Assembly: GCF_001194135.2 (NCBI RefSeq)
Contig: NC_068981.1
Coordinates: forward strand, 153,363,880 to 153,399,840
DNA: 35,961 nt
Source of the DNA: Octopus bimaculoides
Lineage: Eukaryota
Reading direction: 5' to 3'
Part shown: in pieces, positions 1-10,889 of the stretch
Numbering within the stretch: position 1 is the stretch's first letter
How the letters are laid out: each line of letters opens with the position of its first letter
Made by a program: the position numbers and the translations under genes
Notes under the pieces: model-generated
The model's database searches: none
Told to the model about the DNA's origin: nothing
Seen by the model: the letters and a program-made list of their open reading frames with translations, nothing else

Positions 1-83
1 TATATTTATATCATGAATATATACATACTCGTATACCTGCATATGTTGATGCATGCGTATATGTATCGATACATAAACACATA

Positions 84-125
<42 letters not shown>

Positions 126-517
126 GGGAGAAAGCTCGTAGCTGTTTCTCTATTGTATATATTCAAACGCTAGATATGATCACGATATCTGGGACAATAA
201 GACTCTACAAGACCTTAAAATATAAAAGGTGAATGGTTACTCAAAGAATAACCAAGAGAACAATAACCTATTTTCTTAAGAGACTCACCACCGCGTAGGT
301 GGTTAATCAAAATACACTTTTAACTTTCATTGACGGAGAAAACCCTTACATACATACATACTGGAACTGTAAAAATCTGTAAAACTTTCCAGAAATTTAT
401 CATTTAAATATATATGAGCATGTCTAGATATGCAATTATATGCATGAGAATACATATATGAGAATACATACAAAACATACATACATACATACATACATAC
501 ATACATACATACATACA

Positions 518-1320
518 TCGCGCCATTTCCGCTCTACCGGTCATTTATTACAACACCTGCCTGCGTTCGGATTATTTTTGCACGTGGACCATCCTGACTC
601 CCGCCGTCGCCGTGAACAAGAATTAATCTTCTCTCTTCGCTCCTTTGCGCCACATGGGCTCAACTCCCTCCTCTCTTCATCTGACTTTCTCCTCTCCTCT
701 CTTCATCTGACACTTACTTCTCCTCTTCACTCAAACTCACTTTCTCCCGTCATTGACACCTCGACTATCCACTCCCACTACTACGCATCCCACTCCCACA
801 TACCCCACCCCCACATCCCCACCCCACCTTCACACCCCACCCTCACATCCATCCCACATCCCAACACCACCGCACTACATCATACCATCCCCACACCACT
901 CCGCACACACTAGCACTGACCACTTCTCAGCACCCGCATATTACAGAAGCACACACACACGTACACATCTACATGTCAAAGTCACCAGCCCCTAACCACA
1001 GGCACACTCTCACATATACACACGCACCTATCACACCTTCGTTTTGGGATCACCAGTACTTTATTATCTCCCCTTCTTCTTAGATCTCCTGTCTAACTAC
1101 TTTTGTCTAACCAGTCGCCATGATTGACTGCTAGCTCCAAGAGTTTTTTTAAAAATCTGTCTTTTTATTCTCTTTCTGTTTATTCCATCGTGTTCCTTTC
1201 TGTCGAAGAGTGTAGGCTCGAAACATAAAAGACTCTTTCACCTTCCCGAGCGTCAGACTAATACAACTGCTTGTTGTTTATACACCTGTGTTCGTCTTTT
1301 GTTTATCTGTAAATTTCAAC
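518..1320 (+). mobile_element. Penelope-like element 3' remnant (GIY-YIG endonuclease C-terminus plus terminal/pLTR region)
   Basis: Frame of ORF 440..913 reads SRHFRSTGHLLQHLPAFGL...RRRREQELIFSLRSFAPHGLN. This matches the PLE GIY-YIG tail pattern (HFxxxGH...RxxRExxLIxxLxTxxPxGLN). It is followed by a low-complexity UTR and a terminus with a gaagag-tgtag-gctc-gaaac hammerhead-like motif at about 1200-1224. Confidence 0.7.
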
Positions 1321-1599
1321 TACATACATACATGCATACATACATACATAAATACATACATACATACACACGTACTTAACTGTCCGACTTTGCAACGCAG
1401 ATTGTTTACTTTCTTCTAGTTTTATTATCCAAATGGGTTTCCTATATTTTAGTTGTTTCATTTCTGTGTGCAATGCTTGTATCTTCCGGGCGTTCTTTCA
1501 GAAAAATAACAGCTACGTAGAAACAGATTTTGACATTTTTACTGTCTGCAGCGTTATCGCCTATGGTTTCTCTATCTCCTTTATTCCACAGAACGAGAG

Positions 1600-2740
1600 C
1601 TATGATGGAATGTCCCATCGAAGACGACGTATGAGTGTTCAACTAAACAACCTCCACAAATGATTTGCCTATAATTGATGGCAGAAACATTTCATTTATA
1701 AAGGTGTTGTGAAAAAAGTTAGAAAGACCAAGGTAATATTGTGCCAGACTTTAAAAAGTGTGGCAGTCGTAGCTTCTCTTTTATAGCAAAAGAATATCTT
1801 ACTAACAATTTGCACAATTTGCCATCCAGTATTGATATCAACATTTGAGATGCTTGACTTGTCTAAAGAAGGAATCCTCTAGTTGGATATTAAACCCAAA
1901 AGATCCTGTCATCAAGTGGAAACCTTCACAGAAATAATGATATTGACAGGCTACATCTCAATGGTAAAGGGAAAAAATAGGCTTTCGAATAGTGCATACG
2001 GTTTTTTAGCTTCGAATGGTGACACTTTGACAGCATCTGTTAATGAACAGCATAAAAAATAAATGCTTCAACCAGGAACTCAGACGTAAGGAGTACACAT
2101 CTTATGGGCTGGTGGATTCCTCAAGAAATATCTACTTCTCGATTACCTTCCATGCTTCTCAAGAATTGCTGGATTAGCTTATGTCAGCGAAGATTTGGAA
2201 AGAGAAATATTCTGCATACCACGAAAAGGTTACGTGTTTCCCGTTAACTTTAAGATTATACTGATGTGAAAATGGAGTGTAGTCTCTCTTGGCCTGGTGA
2301 CCTTTACTTCACGTCACATTTTGAAGAGTATGCTTTTGTAATCCAGGAGCAGAAGAAACATCAAACAACAAAAGAGACTGATGTAAAACCACCCCAGATG
2401 TCACATTTCCGTAAAAGATATTTCGCGTGATCAGTACATTCTCAAACTTATCCTCGAAGTACTGTCTGCTATTGTGATATGATGGCGTGACTAAAACGAT
2501 ATACAAATTCCACCCATAGCAGAGTCTACCTTAAGATAAATATAAAAATGTCCTTGTTATTGAATATATAAATATCAGCACAAGGAATATTGGTGAAACA
2601 CTCCCATCAAAATTTCTGTCAAGTGCATATAAAACAGGTTTGATGTTGTTGTCTGGAGCATAAGCGAAAAGTTATGTATAGTCACTGTGGTTGTTGCCCA
2701 TACAGATATGAACCTGTCTTCCAAAATCAGGGAGTAAACT
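1600..2740 (+). mobile_element. Highly degenerate R4/Dong-type (RLE) non-LTR retrotransposon, RT C-terminus to endonuclease
   Basis: Fragmentary peptides occur in the expected order: NLHRNNDIDRLHLNGKG (~1921-1971; cf. LHPKSDxDRLY), HFEEYAFVIQEQ (~2317; cf. ETEGFICAAQEQ), a HIL..C..Y..(R)HDGV.K.I zinc-finger remnant (~2430-2505), and NRFDVVVWSISEKLCIVTVVVAHTDMNLSSKIRE (~2632-2733; cf. NRPDIVV..K.C.IIDV.VP.D.N...KE.EK of the PD-(D/E)xK RLE). Many stops and frameshifts. Confidence 0.65.
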
Positions 2741-2772
2741 GTGCTATAATGTTACCAACATTAGAGAATATA

Positions 2773-2985
2773 GAGAATTGGCAGAATCAGTAGAGCATCG
2801 AACAAAATGCTTCCATGTGTTCATTTAACATCCATTTACGTTTTGAGTTTCAAATCCTGCAGTGGTAGAATTTGCTTTTCATTCTTACAAAGTTGATAAG
2901 ATAAGTTGGACTTGATTTGGACTTGATTTAATGCCCTATACACTTCCCGACCCCAAATTTACAGTTTTGTGCTTATGTTAGAAAG
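2773..2985 (+). mobile_element. tRNA-derived SINE family A, degenerate copy
   Basis: Head tggcagaatcagtagagc, B-box-like gagtttcaaatcc, and 3' end ccccaaatttacagttttgtgcttatgttagaaag align by eye with the better copies at 7972-8178 and 14970-15177. Confidence 0.6.
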
Positions 2986-3899
2986 TAAAGTTAAAAAAGT
3001 AAGTAGGAAAGCCACCCAAACTTGTGTATGTGTGTGTGGTGTGTGGTGTTGTGTGGTGTGTGTATGTAGGGATAAGTATGTTTGCATATCGGCAAATGGA
3101 TGACTAAATCCATTCGTCGACATGCAAACATACGTATACTTTATAAGAAAATTGCTTTGTGATATTTAGTCTGAGGAATTGCTTTCCTTATATGGATTTA
3201 ACCATTTCATAAACAGATTTCGATAAAATAAGCACCAGACAAAGTGATGACATCGATAAAATCGACTGAAGCCCTGGAAGGCGATGTTTGAACATGACTG
3301 CAATCCAATAAGTGAAACCAATAAAAAAAAAGTAAAAGAGATATCGATGAGGGTGAACTGATGGACAAATTGCAGCTCCAATATTTTAAGAACGCGTTTA
3401 GCATTATCAATATGATTATATGTAAAACAGCGTCTAACATAGAAGGAACACAAGATCACGTATATACATTCATACATACATACATACATACATACATACA
3501 TACATAATTAAATATAATATTTTATCACTGCGACAAGTGCTAAGCAGCTGTGACTAAAATAAATGTATTTATCAAATATTCAGCAGTGAAGAGAACATTT
3601 TGCGAGTAGAGAGTGAAATCAATAACGAATATTCACATCCCGAAGACGTACCGTGCGACCTGTAATGAACTGAGGACGCTACAGGTAAAATGTAACCAAG
3701 TGTGATCCGCTATATTGGACACTCTGCAGGATATAAACAAGACCTTTCTGAAGATACATGAACTCATGGGAATCAATGACCATCTAATAGTTAGCAAATA
3801 TGCAAATTAAAAATCCGCGTGTACGGTTATTGGTTTGTTTTCATTTTATTCAGTTGAGGCTTGAAAGAAATAAGTAATCTTCATCTAAATAGCTTCAGT

Positions 3900-4700
3900 G
3901 TTGGCAGTCTAATGAGGGTGGCTTGTGCAAGTAGCGACATCCCATCATGCTAGATTTCAAGCCATGATGAAGGGCAAACATCTGGAGTAATGTGTTATGG
4001 CCTGGACATGTATCAAGTTAAAAGTACTGCAAATTTTCTTTAATCACTTTGGCAATCTCCTGTATTCTTATAGAAGCTCCGTTGTCTCGAATTTATCTTA
4101 ACAGGTTGGGGAAAGCATATTGTGAGAGAACAAGAGTGTGAGTTTGTTGTATGCGCAGCTCTTTCACACTTTAAAATACATTGCATATGTGTCTAGAGTG
4201 TAAGACAATGTGGTATATCTCTCCAGATCAGGGTCAAATCGTCTTGTTGTGCTGGTTGGAGTATTCCTCACATCTGCAACGATCAAATATCGCCGCTTCC
4301 GTGGTTTAAGGCGTACGGAAGATGTAATATGGGCGGGATGAGTTTGCGGTTCCCTGTCCCCACTCCACGTGACTGCGTCCCTTTTTGAAGTACTACATAG
4401 TCAAGTACAGGTCTTCATTGATTGCTAATGGCTGAAATTTCTTGGAGCTACAGACGGCAGACCTGTCATTGTGGTGGTGGCAGTATCACACATTTGCCAC
4501 AATGAAATATCACTATTTCCGTAGCTTCAGCCACAGGAAGGGTCTAACATAAACAGAAACAGTTGTGACACACTACTCCCCTGTATGGATGTGTCCCCTG
4601 TTGAGGTGCTGCATGGTTGAAGTCGTTGTCTTCGTCGAAAACCAGTGGACGGTCATAATAACTTTAGGCAGCTTTTGTTTTCTTTATATATCTTTTTCTC
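3900..4700 (-). mobile_element. Possible degenerate Gypsy-type LTR retrotransposon gag/protease remnant
   Basis: Minus strand gives HPYRGVVCHNC (~4560-4595, zinc-knuckle-like). About 330 nt downstream, cctgatctggagagatata (~4213-4232) restores PDSGADI (aspartic protease DSG) with two 1-nt deletions. There is no continuous ORF. Confidence 0.3.
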
Positions 4701-5577
4701 GTTCCTCTTTTCTTTCTTTATTCATTTATTTTGATACTCACTAAGTCATCATCAGATATGACTTACGAACTAGCACACCCACACACACACACACACACAC
4801 ACACATATTCATATAATCACGCACGCAACTGAAGGTGTCCAGGTGCCAAGTTTTATCAATAAAGTACAATACGAGGCTGCGAAGTAAAACAGTCATGTCT
4901 TCGCCGAAATTTTGGAGAACAAACTAACTGGGTTCTCTACTACTAAAATTAAATAAATAAATAGATAAATAAAATAATAAATAAATGCCAAAAAGCTGGA
5001 AATATTCCCAGATGATTGCTATTTTAAAGTAAGCGTCATTTATTAATCATACTGACACTCGGTGAAGTGCATTCATAGTGAAATAGGTGGAATGTTTTGC
5101 AGTATTCGTTCCGTCAATGAATTCAAATTCACTTTGTGTCGACAAATATAGTTGCAGTTCATATTAGGGCCAGTACCTGCCTCACCACATCTCTCTCTCT
5201 CTCTCCCTCTCTCTCTCTCATTCTACCTCACTTTTAAAATTAAGCCAAATTCATAATGCACCAGAAATTAAAGCCCCAAGCAAGGAAGGACAGAGGATGT
5301 AATGCTCAAAAGTCAGATATTATACATCTGAAAATAAAAGCAATGCTTGCAAAAGGATACTCACAAGATGAATAAGTATGTAAACGTGTATGTGTGTATG
5401 CGTGTAGGTGTGTGTAGTATAAAGTACTTCCAGTAGCCTAAAAACATTCTTGCCAACACGCTAACGTAGAATGGCAAGTAAGTAACAACGTCCAAACAAC
5501 ATCAACAGCAAATGTATAGTGAAGGGCAAAGTCGAACAAAGGAACGCTTCCGTTTGGAGTGGCTTATATCCTTGTAA

Positions 5578-5657
<80 letters not shown>

Positions 5658-5746
5658 ACTTTAAGAGTGATTTAATCGCCCTGCTAACACATATTGAGTA
5701 CAGTGTTGACTCATAAGCCATTCCATTCATGAATGTGGTAATATTA

Positions 5747-5942
5747 AGCGCTACGAGCAAGCAGAATCGTTAGCACAACGTTTCGCTAGTCTTTTCGTTC
5801 TGCGTTCAAATTCCATCGAGGTTGACCTTGTGGTACTTATATTATCTGGGCCAATAAAATAAGTAATAGTTATGCACTGGGTTCGATGTAATTGACTTAG
5901 CCTCTCCTCCAAACTCCTGGCCTTGTGTCAAAATTTGAAACC
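5747..5942 (+). mobile_element. tRNA-derived SINE family A copy
   Basis: gcagaatcgttagcac A-box region, gttcaaattcc B-box, gaggttgacc, ctgggttcgatgtaattgact core, and ggccttgtg tail. Confidence 0.75.
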
Positions 5943-5990
5943 AACACACTTAGTTGCATATTATAGGTACATAAAGAAATATGGTGTTCC

Positions 5991-6036
<46 letters not shown>

Positions 6037-6952
6037 NNNNNNNNNNNNNNNNNNNNNNNNNNNNNNNNNNNNNNNNNNNNNNNNNNNNNNNNNNNNNNNN
6101 NNNNNNNNNNNNNNNNNNNNNNNNNNNNNNNNNNNNNNNNNNNNNNNNNNNNNNNNNNNNNNNNNNNNNNNNNNNNNNNNNNNNNNNNNNNNNNNNNNNN
6201 NNNNNNNNNNNNNNNNNNNNNNNNNNNNNNNNNNNNNNNNNNNNNNNNNNNNNNNNNNNNNNNNNNNNNNNNNNNNNNNNNNNNNNNNNNNNNNNNNNNN
6301 NNNNNNNNNNNNNNNNNNNNNNNNNNNNNNNNNNNNNNNNNNNNNNNNNNNNNNNNNNNNNNNNNNNNNNNNNNNNNNNNNNNNNNNNNNNNNNNNNNNN
6401 NNNNNNNNNNNNNNNNNNNNNNNNNNNNNNNNNNNNNNNNNNNNNNNNNNNNNNNNNNNNNNNNNNNNNNNNNNNNNNNNNNNNNNNNNNNNNNNNNNNN
6501 NNNNNNNNNNNNNNNNNNNNNNNNNNNNNNNNNNNNNNNNNNNNNNNNNNNNNNNNNNNNNNNNNNNNNNNNNNNNNNNNNNNNNNNNNNNNNNNNNNNN
6601 NNNNNNNNNNNNNNNNNNNNNNNNNNNNNNNNNNNNNNNNNNNNNNNNNNNNNNNNNNNNNNNNNNNNNNNNNNNNNNNNNNNNNNNNNNNNNNNNNNNN
6701 NNNNNNNNNNNNNNNNNNNNNNNNNNNNNNNNNNNNNNNNNNNNNNNNNNNNNNNNNNNNNNNNAGAGAGAAAGAGAGAGAGAGAAAGAGAGAGAGAGAA
6801 AGAGAGAGAGAGAAAGAGAGAGAGAGAAAGAGAGAGAGAGAAATATATAAATACACACACATATATGTATGCATACATATATGTGTGTGTGTGTATGTGT
6901 GTGTGTGTCGGTGCGTGTATGTGTGTGTATGTATGTATGTATGTATGTATAT

Positions 6953-7085
6953 ACTGGTTAAGTTTATGCACTCACTATCGCTAGATCGTGGGTTCGATTC
7001 TCGGACCGGACAGCGCGTTGTGTTCTTGAGCAAAACACTTCATTTCACGTTGCTCTGAGATTACTTGTCCACCTATACAGCCAAG
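6953..7085 (+). mobile_element. tRNA-derived SINE family C, 5' part
   Basis: tggttaag...gatcgtgggttcgattctcggacc (A/B boxes), then gtgttcttgagcaaaacacttcatttcacgttgct; this matches the reverse complement of 28445-28672. Confidence 0.7.
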
Positions 7086-7216
7086 GTAGATTTGATGAAG
7101 GCAGTGAGATAATGTACAGCGTATGCATTTCATCAATATACACGAATCATTTGCGCAGGTCGTTCAGCAAAAGCTGATCACTCTATGCGTCGTCTTCGAC
7201 GGGAGATAACATCGTG

Positions 7217-7550
7217 TCGGGGTGACCAAAGCCCTGTGAGTGGATTTGGTAGACGGAAACTAAAACATATGTGTGCGTGTGCGTGTGTGTTTGTGTGTGT
7301 GTGTGTGTGGGNNNNNNNNNNNNNNNNNNNNNNNNNNNNNNNNNNNNNNNNNNNNNNNNGGGGTGTCTGTGTTTGTCCCTCCCCCACCATCGCTTGACAA
7401 CGATGTTGGTGTGTTTACGCCCCCCCCCACAATCTAGCGGTTCAGCAAAGACACCGATAGAATAAGTACTACGCTTGCAAAGAATAAGTCTCGGGGTCGA
7501 TTTGTTCGACTAATGGTGGTGCTCCAGCATGACCACAGCAAAAGAATAAG
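7217..7550 (+). mobile_element. SINE family B, 5'-truncated, with internal (TG)n and an assembly gap
   Basis: gaccaaagccctgtgagtggatttggtagacggaaact and ccatcgcttgacaac...gatagaataagtact...ggggtcgatttgttcgactaa...ggtgctccagcatg are near-identical to 18804-19230. Confidence 0.85.
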
Positions 7551-7651
7551 AGTATGTACGCTTTTATGCTGAGTTCTAAAAATAATATTTACATTAAACT
7601 GAAGGATAGCCCGATGAAGGTTAAGGAGTCAATGACAACACTATTCTTCTC

Positions 7652-7852
7652 AAATAATATTTTCTATTATAGGCACAAGGCCCGAAATTGGGTGTGGAGA
7701 GGTTTAGCCGATTATATTGATCTCAATACTTAACTAGTACTTATTTCACCAACTTCAAAACAATGAATGGCAAAGCTAACCTCGGTGAAATTTGTGCTCT
7801 GAACGTAAGCATTTTGTCTGGTATTGTAGCAATTCTGCCAGCTCGCAACCTT
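7652..7852 (-). mobile_element. SINE family A copy
   Basis: Reverse complement begins aaggttgcgagctggcagaattgctac and ends ccttgtgcctataatagaaaatattatt. Confidence 0.8.
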
Positions 7853-7854
7853 AA

Positions 7855-7860
7855 ATAATA

Positions 7861-7896
<36 letters not shown>

Positions 7897-7915
7897 GATG
7901 ATGATGATGATGATG

Positions 7916-7967
<52 letters not shown>

Positions 7968-7975
7968 TAATAATC
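7855..7975. repeat. (AAT)n/(GAT)n compound microsatellite between two tandem SINEs
   Basis: Directly visible. Confidence 0.95.
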
Positions 7976-8178
7976 CGTTCTATTATAGACACAATTTGGG
8001 AGGGAGGGGGCTAGTCGAGTACATCGACCCCAGTACTCAACTGGTACTTACTTTCTCGATCCCGAAAGGATGAAAGGCAAGGTTGACCTCGGCAGAATTT
8101 GAACTGAGAACTGAAGACAGATGAAATACGCTAAGTATTTCGCTTTCCGTACTAACGATTCTGCCAGTTCGCCGACTT
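7972..8178 (-). mobile_element. SINE family A, near full-length copy
   Basis: Reverse complement: aagtcggcgaactggcagaatcgttagtac (A box), cagttcaaattctgccgaggtcaaccttgcctttcatcctttcgggatcgag (B box plus core), taagtaccagttgagtactggggtcgatgtactcgactag, and tail ctataatagaacggattatt. Confidence 0.85.
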
Positions 8179-8179
8179 A

Positions 8180-8242
<63 letters not shown>
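8179..8242. repeat. (AAT)n microsatellite, about 21 units
   Basis: Directly visible; it separates the SINE head from the Dong fragment. Confidence 0.95.
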
Positions 8243-8243
<1 letters not shown>

Positions 8244-9042
8244 TCAAATGTATGGACGGGCTATCGATACTGTCGGGGGAGGTTATGAAGAAGATAGAAG
8301 AGACGGGCTATAAGTACTTGGGGATTTTGGAAATGGATATATTGATGGAGAAAGAAATGACAGAACAATTTCAGGCAGAGTACTTGCGCAGATTGAGATT
8401 GGTCCTTAAGTCGAAATTAAACGGACGGAATAAGATTGAAGCTAGCAACACCTGGGTGGTTTCACTCTTTAGATATGGTGCAGAGGTAATCACATGGACA
8501 GTAGACGAACTAAACAGCTTAGACAGAAAGACAAGGAAGTTGCTAACTAGATATGGGACTCTCCACCCAAAAAGTGACACAGACAGACTGTATGTACCAA
8601 GAAAAAGAGGGAGAAGAGGACTTATTGGATGCGAACACAACATTAGAGCAGAAGAAAACAACATAGCATGGTACGAAAAAAATGCCACAGAACCGCTATT
8701 ATCAGAAGTAAGAAGATCAGGCTTGTGTAGGATGAAAGATTGCAAAGATAAAGCACTGTACAAGCAATTGAAAACGAATGAAACTGAAAATAGGTGGGTA
8801 AAGAAAGAATGCATGGACAATTTCATAGGTATGTTGAAGATAAGACAGACAGAGAAAAAAGATGGTTGTGGGTGACTAAAAGGGGTTTAAAACCGGAAAC
8901 GGAGGCTCTAATCTGTGCTGCCCAAGAGCAAGCACTAAGGACAAACTACATAAAATACAGAATAGACAACACATCAGAAAGTGATAAGTGCAGAATCTGT
9001 GGACAAAATGGTGAAACTGCATGGCATATTACCAGCCAATGA
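8244..9042 (+). mobile_element. R4/Dong-type (RLE) non-LTR retrotransposon fragment: RT C-terminal/thumb region plus CCHC zinc finger, one frameshift near 8800
   Basis: ORF 8252..8875: YKYLGILE, EYLRRLRLVLKSKLNGRNKIEASNTWVVSLFRYG, LDRKTRKLLT, LHPKSDTDRLYVPRKRGRRGL. ORF 8794..9042: MHGQF, GLKPETEALICAAQEQALRTNY, KCRICGQNGETAWHITSQ* (CxxC...H...C with the terminal Cys mutated to stop). Confidence 0.85.
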
Positions 9043-9047
9043 CCGCC

Positions 9048-9108
9048 ACCAGATCAGTGCTGATGGAGTAAAACCAATGATCAAGAGCTTTCCACTCACG
9101 ACCACCAT
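9048..9108 (-). mobile_element. Repeat family D fragment (retroelement 3' region; longer copies at 9615-9790, 19385-19555, 20415-20575)
   Basis: Shared plus-strand block resembling atgatcaa..cattccagc.atgacc(atc) recurs at about 9075-9105, 9620-9650, 19400-19425 and 20465-20495. The latter two are preceded on the plus strand by gttgtttag-like (AAC)n-tail sequence. Confidence 0.45.
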
Positions 9109-9222
9109 GTCTCGATGAATATCTATTTAGCTATTTCTAGCTAATAGAGTAGCCATGTAGAAGTTGACTGCATATATAGATAATTATAGAAATAGCTGTC
9201 CCTGACTATATATATATATATA

Positions 9223-9279
<57 letters not shown>

Positions 9280-9337
9280 GTCGTTATCAATTTTAAGACA
9301 CATACTGTCGTTGTTGTTGTTGTTTACTCCGAAGTGA

Positions 9338-9530
9338 TAGTGTGTTGGCAGTATCGTTAGAGCGGCGGAGAAAGTGACATGCGGTATTTATCCTTGCTTT
9401 GTGAGTTCAAATTCCCTCATGGTAAATAAACATTGCCTTTCGTCCACCTAAGGTCAATAAAATAAAGTTACGTTCATGCAGCTTCGTTCTCTAAATTTCG
9501 GCCCTGGTGGCCGCATATGAAATTATTATC
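9338..9530 (+). mobile_element. SINE family A, diverged copy
   Basis: tggcagtatcgttagagc, gagttcaaattcc, ttgcctttcgtcc..aaggtcaataaaataa, and tail aaatttcggccctggtg. Confidence 0.65.
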
Positions 9531-10057
9531 GTTTAGCACCTGTTCTATTATATTTAATTATACGCTTATATTTTTAATTCATACTGTGTGTCTACACACA
9601 CACACACACACACACACATAACATACAAACTTATGGTCGACGACATTCCAGCTGTGACTGTTCCGTCTATTGAGAAGTGTGAGATTTCGTTATCCAATGC
9701 TGTCTTTTCCTTATTTAAAACAGTAAGTAGAAGGGTGTAATGAGAGGGAAATTTGCGTGTTGTTTTTAGTAAGTAGGTCGAACGGTCTCACAGAGTTTAC
9801 CTTTGTTGAAGTCATAGCATTAGCAATGATATATCATATATATTCAATATACTGTTATCATACACATGCGTATACTCAGATACAATGACGGCTGTTATAG
9901 TAATACATTAATTTTCCTACCTAGTCTATGCAATTCACGCACTAACTTTCGTGTAAATAAAGTAGAACGTAAACCTAATTAATTTCCTCGGTCGTCCACT
10001 TGTTTATACATTTCCAAAATGTCATATACGAAATCAATAATTTATTATAATTGTAAC

Positions 10058-10130
<73 letters not shown>

Positions 10131-10252
10131 AGAGATACTATTGATTGCTAAAATATGTGCAATACATCATTTTTTTCGTTTTGTCGAGTAGACGAAATTG
10201 GTGACTATGTGGCACTCGTGCCTTCTAAAGTCCAACCAATGAGTGTCTACAC

Positions 10253-10540
10253 CAGAGTTTCTCAACCAGTTTTTTTTTACATGTGGACCCCATTGACTCT
10301 TATTTTACTCGAGTGGATTCTCGTAGTCATTTGATATTGAAAAAATCGTATTATACTTTTATGCTTAAATTTTATTTGGAATTGTATAAAAATATTGTTA
10401 AAATATTTTTAGTTTTGTACGACAAGTATGACTAATTTATGACTTGTAGAAGAATAATCAATTTACGGCTCATACATTTTCACAACGGAATCTCTCATGG
10501 TGCCCCCAACAGTCATATGGACCCCGGTTAAGAGTCAGTG
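10253..10540. mobile_element. Probable hAT-family MITE
   Basis: Left end cagagtttctcaacc; right end ggttaagagtcagtg (10/15 match to the inverted left end); subterminal ggacccc motifs at both ends. A TSD is not cleanly recoverable. Confidence 0.5.
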
Positions 10541-10596
10541 AGTGTGTACATGATCGCTAGTGCTGTTTGCATTAAGGGCCATCTATTTCTCTAAAC

Positions 10597-10889
10597 CAGT
10601 GTTTCCCAAAGTGGGCGGTATTGTCTCCCTGGGGGTGTTGGAAAGTTCCAAGGGGGCGTTGAAGAAAAGTGAGGTGATAATGGGGTAGCGATTCATGTAA
10701 AAGGTGGGGCGATAATGGAGCAGCTATTCATGTAAAAACAACAAAATAATGGGTTCATTAGGTTAAGTTTTATTTGTGAATTTGCTTCAGAAAGAGGTCT
10801 ATGTTTGTGATGGTTAGTTGGGGTGGGGCACTAGGAATATGGCGTGGATGTCAAGGGGGCGGCAGCCTGAAAACGTTTGAGGACCACTA
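10597..10889. mobile_element. hAT-family MITE (293 bp) with 8-bp target-site duplication
   Basis: TIRs cagtgtttcccaaa / tttgaggaccacta (10/14). Identical flanking 8-mers ctctaaac at 10589-10596 and 10890-10897. An 8-bp TSD resembling NTCTAGAN is typical of Charlie-like hAT elements. Confidence 0.85.

Noticed and set aside
287-303. accacc-gcgta-ggtggt hairpin as a Helitron 3' end
   Set aside because: No downstream CTRR terminus or matching 5' TC end.
3166-3501. 111-aa minus-strand ORF with a non-repetitive C-terminal part
   Set aside because: It starts inside (TATG)n, has no recognisable domain or splice context, and its length is compatible with chance.
3585-3710. Possible exon (ttcag|...SEENILRVESEINNEYSHPEDVPCDL*...cag|gtaaaa)
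   Set aside because: All three frames stop before the donor, the peptide is unrecognised, and it is consistent with chance.
5230-5370. Strong minus-strand acceptor (ttttattttcag at about 5329-5340) and GTGAG donors
   Set aside because: The implied exon has stops in all three frames, so it cannot be linked to the candidate ATG exon at 13610.
5923-7033. Long ORFs of 289-446 aa here and at 10887-12325, 15062-15595, 20970-21490, 25111-25884, 28968-29571 and 31455-31919
   Set aside because: They are open only because N-runs translate as X and the flanking microsatellites lack stops; there is no coding signal.
8371-8826. 151-aa minus ORF (also 24199-24467 and 34911-35186)
   Set aside because: Antisense shadows of retrotransposon ORFs.
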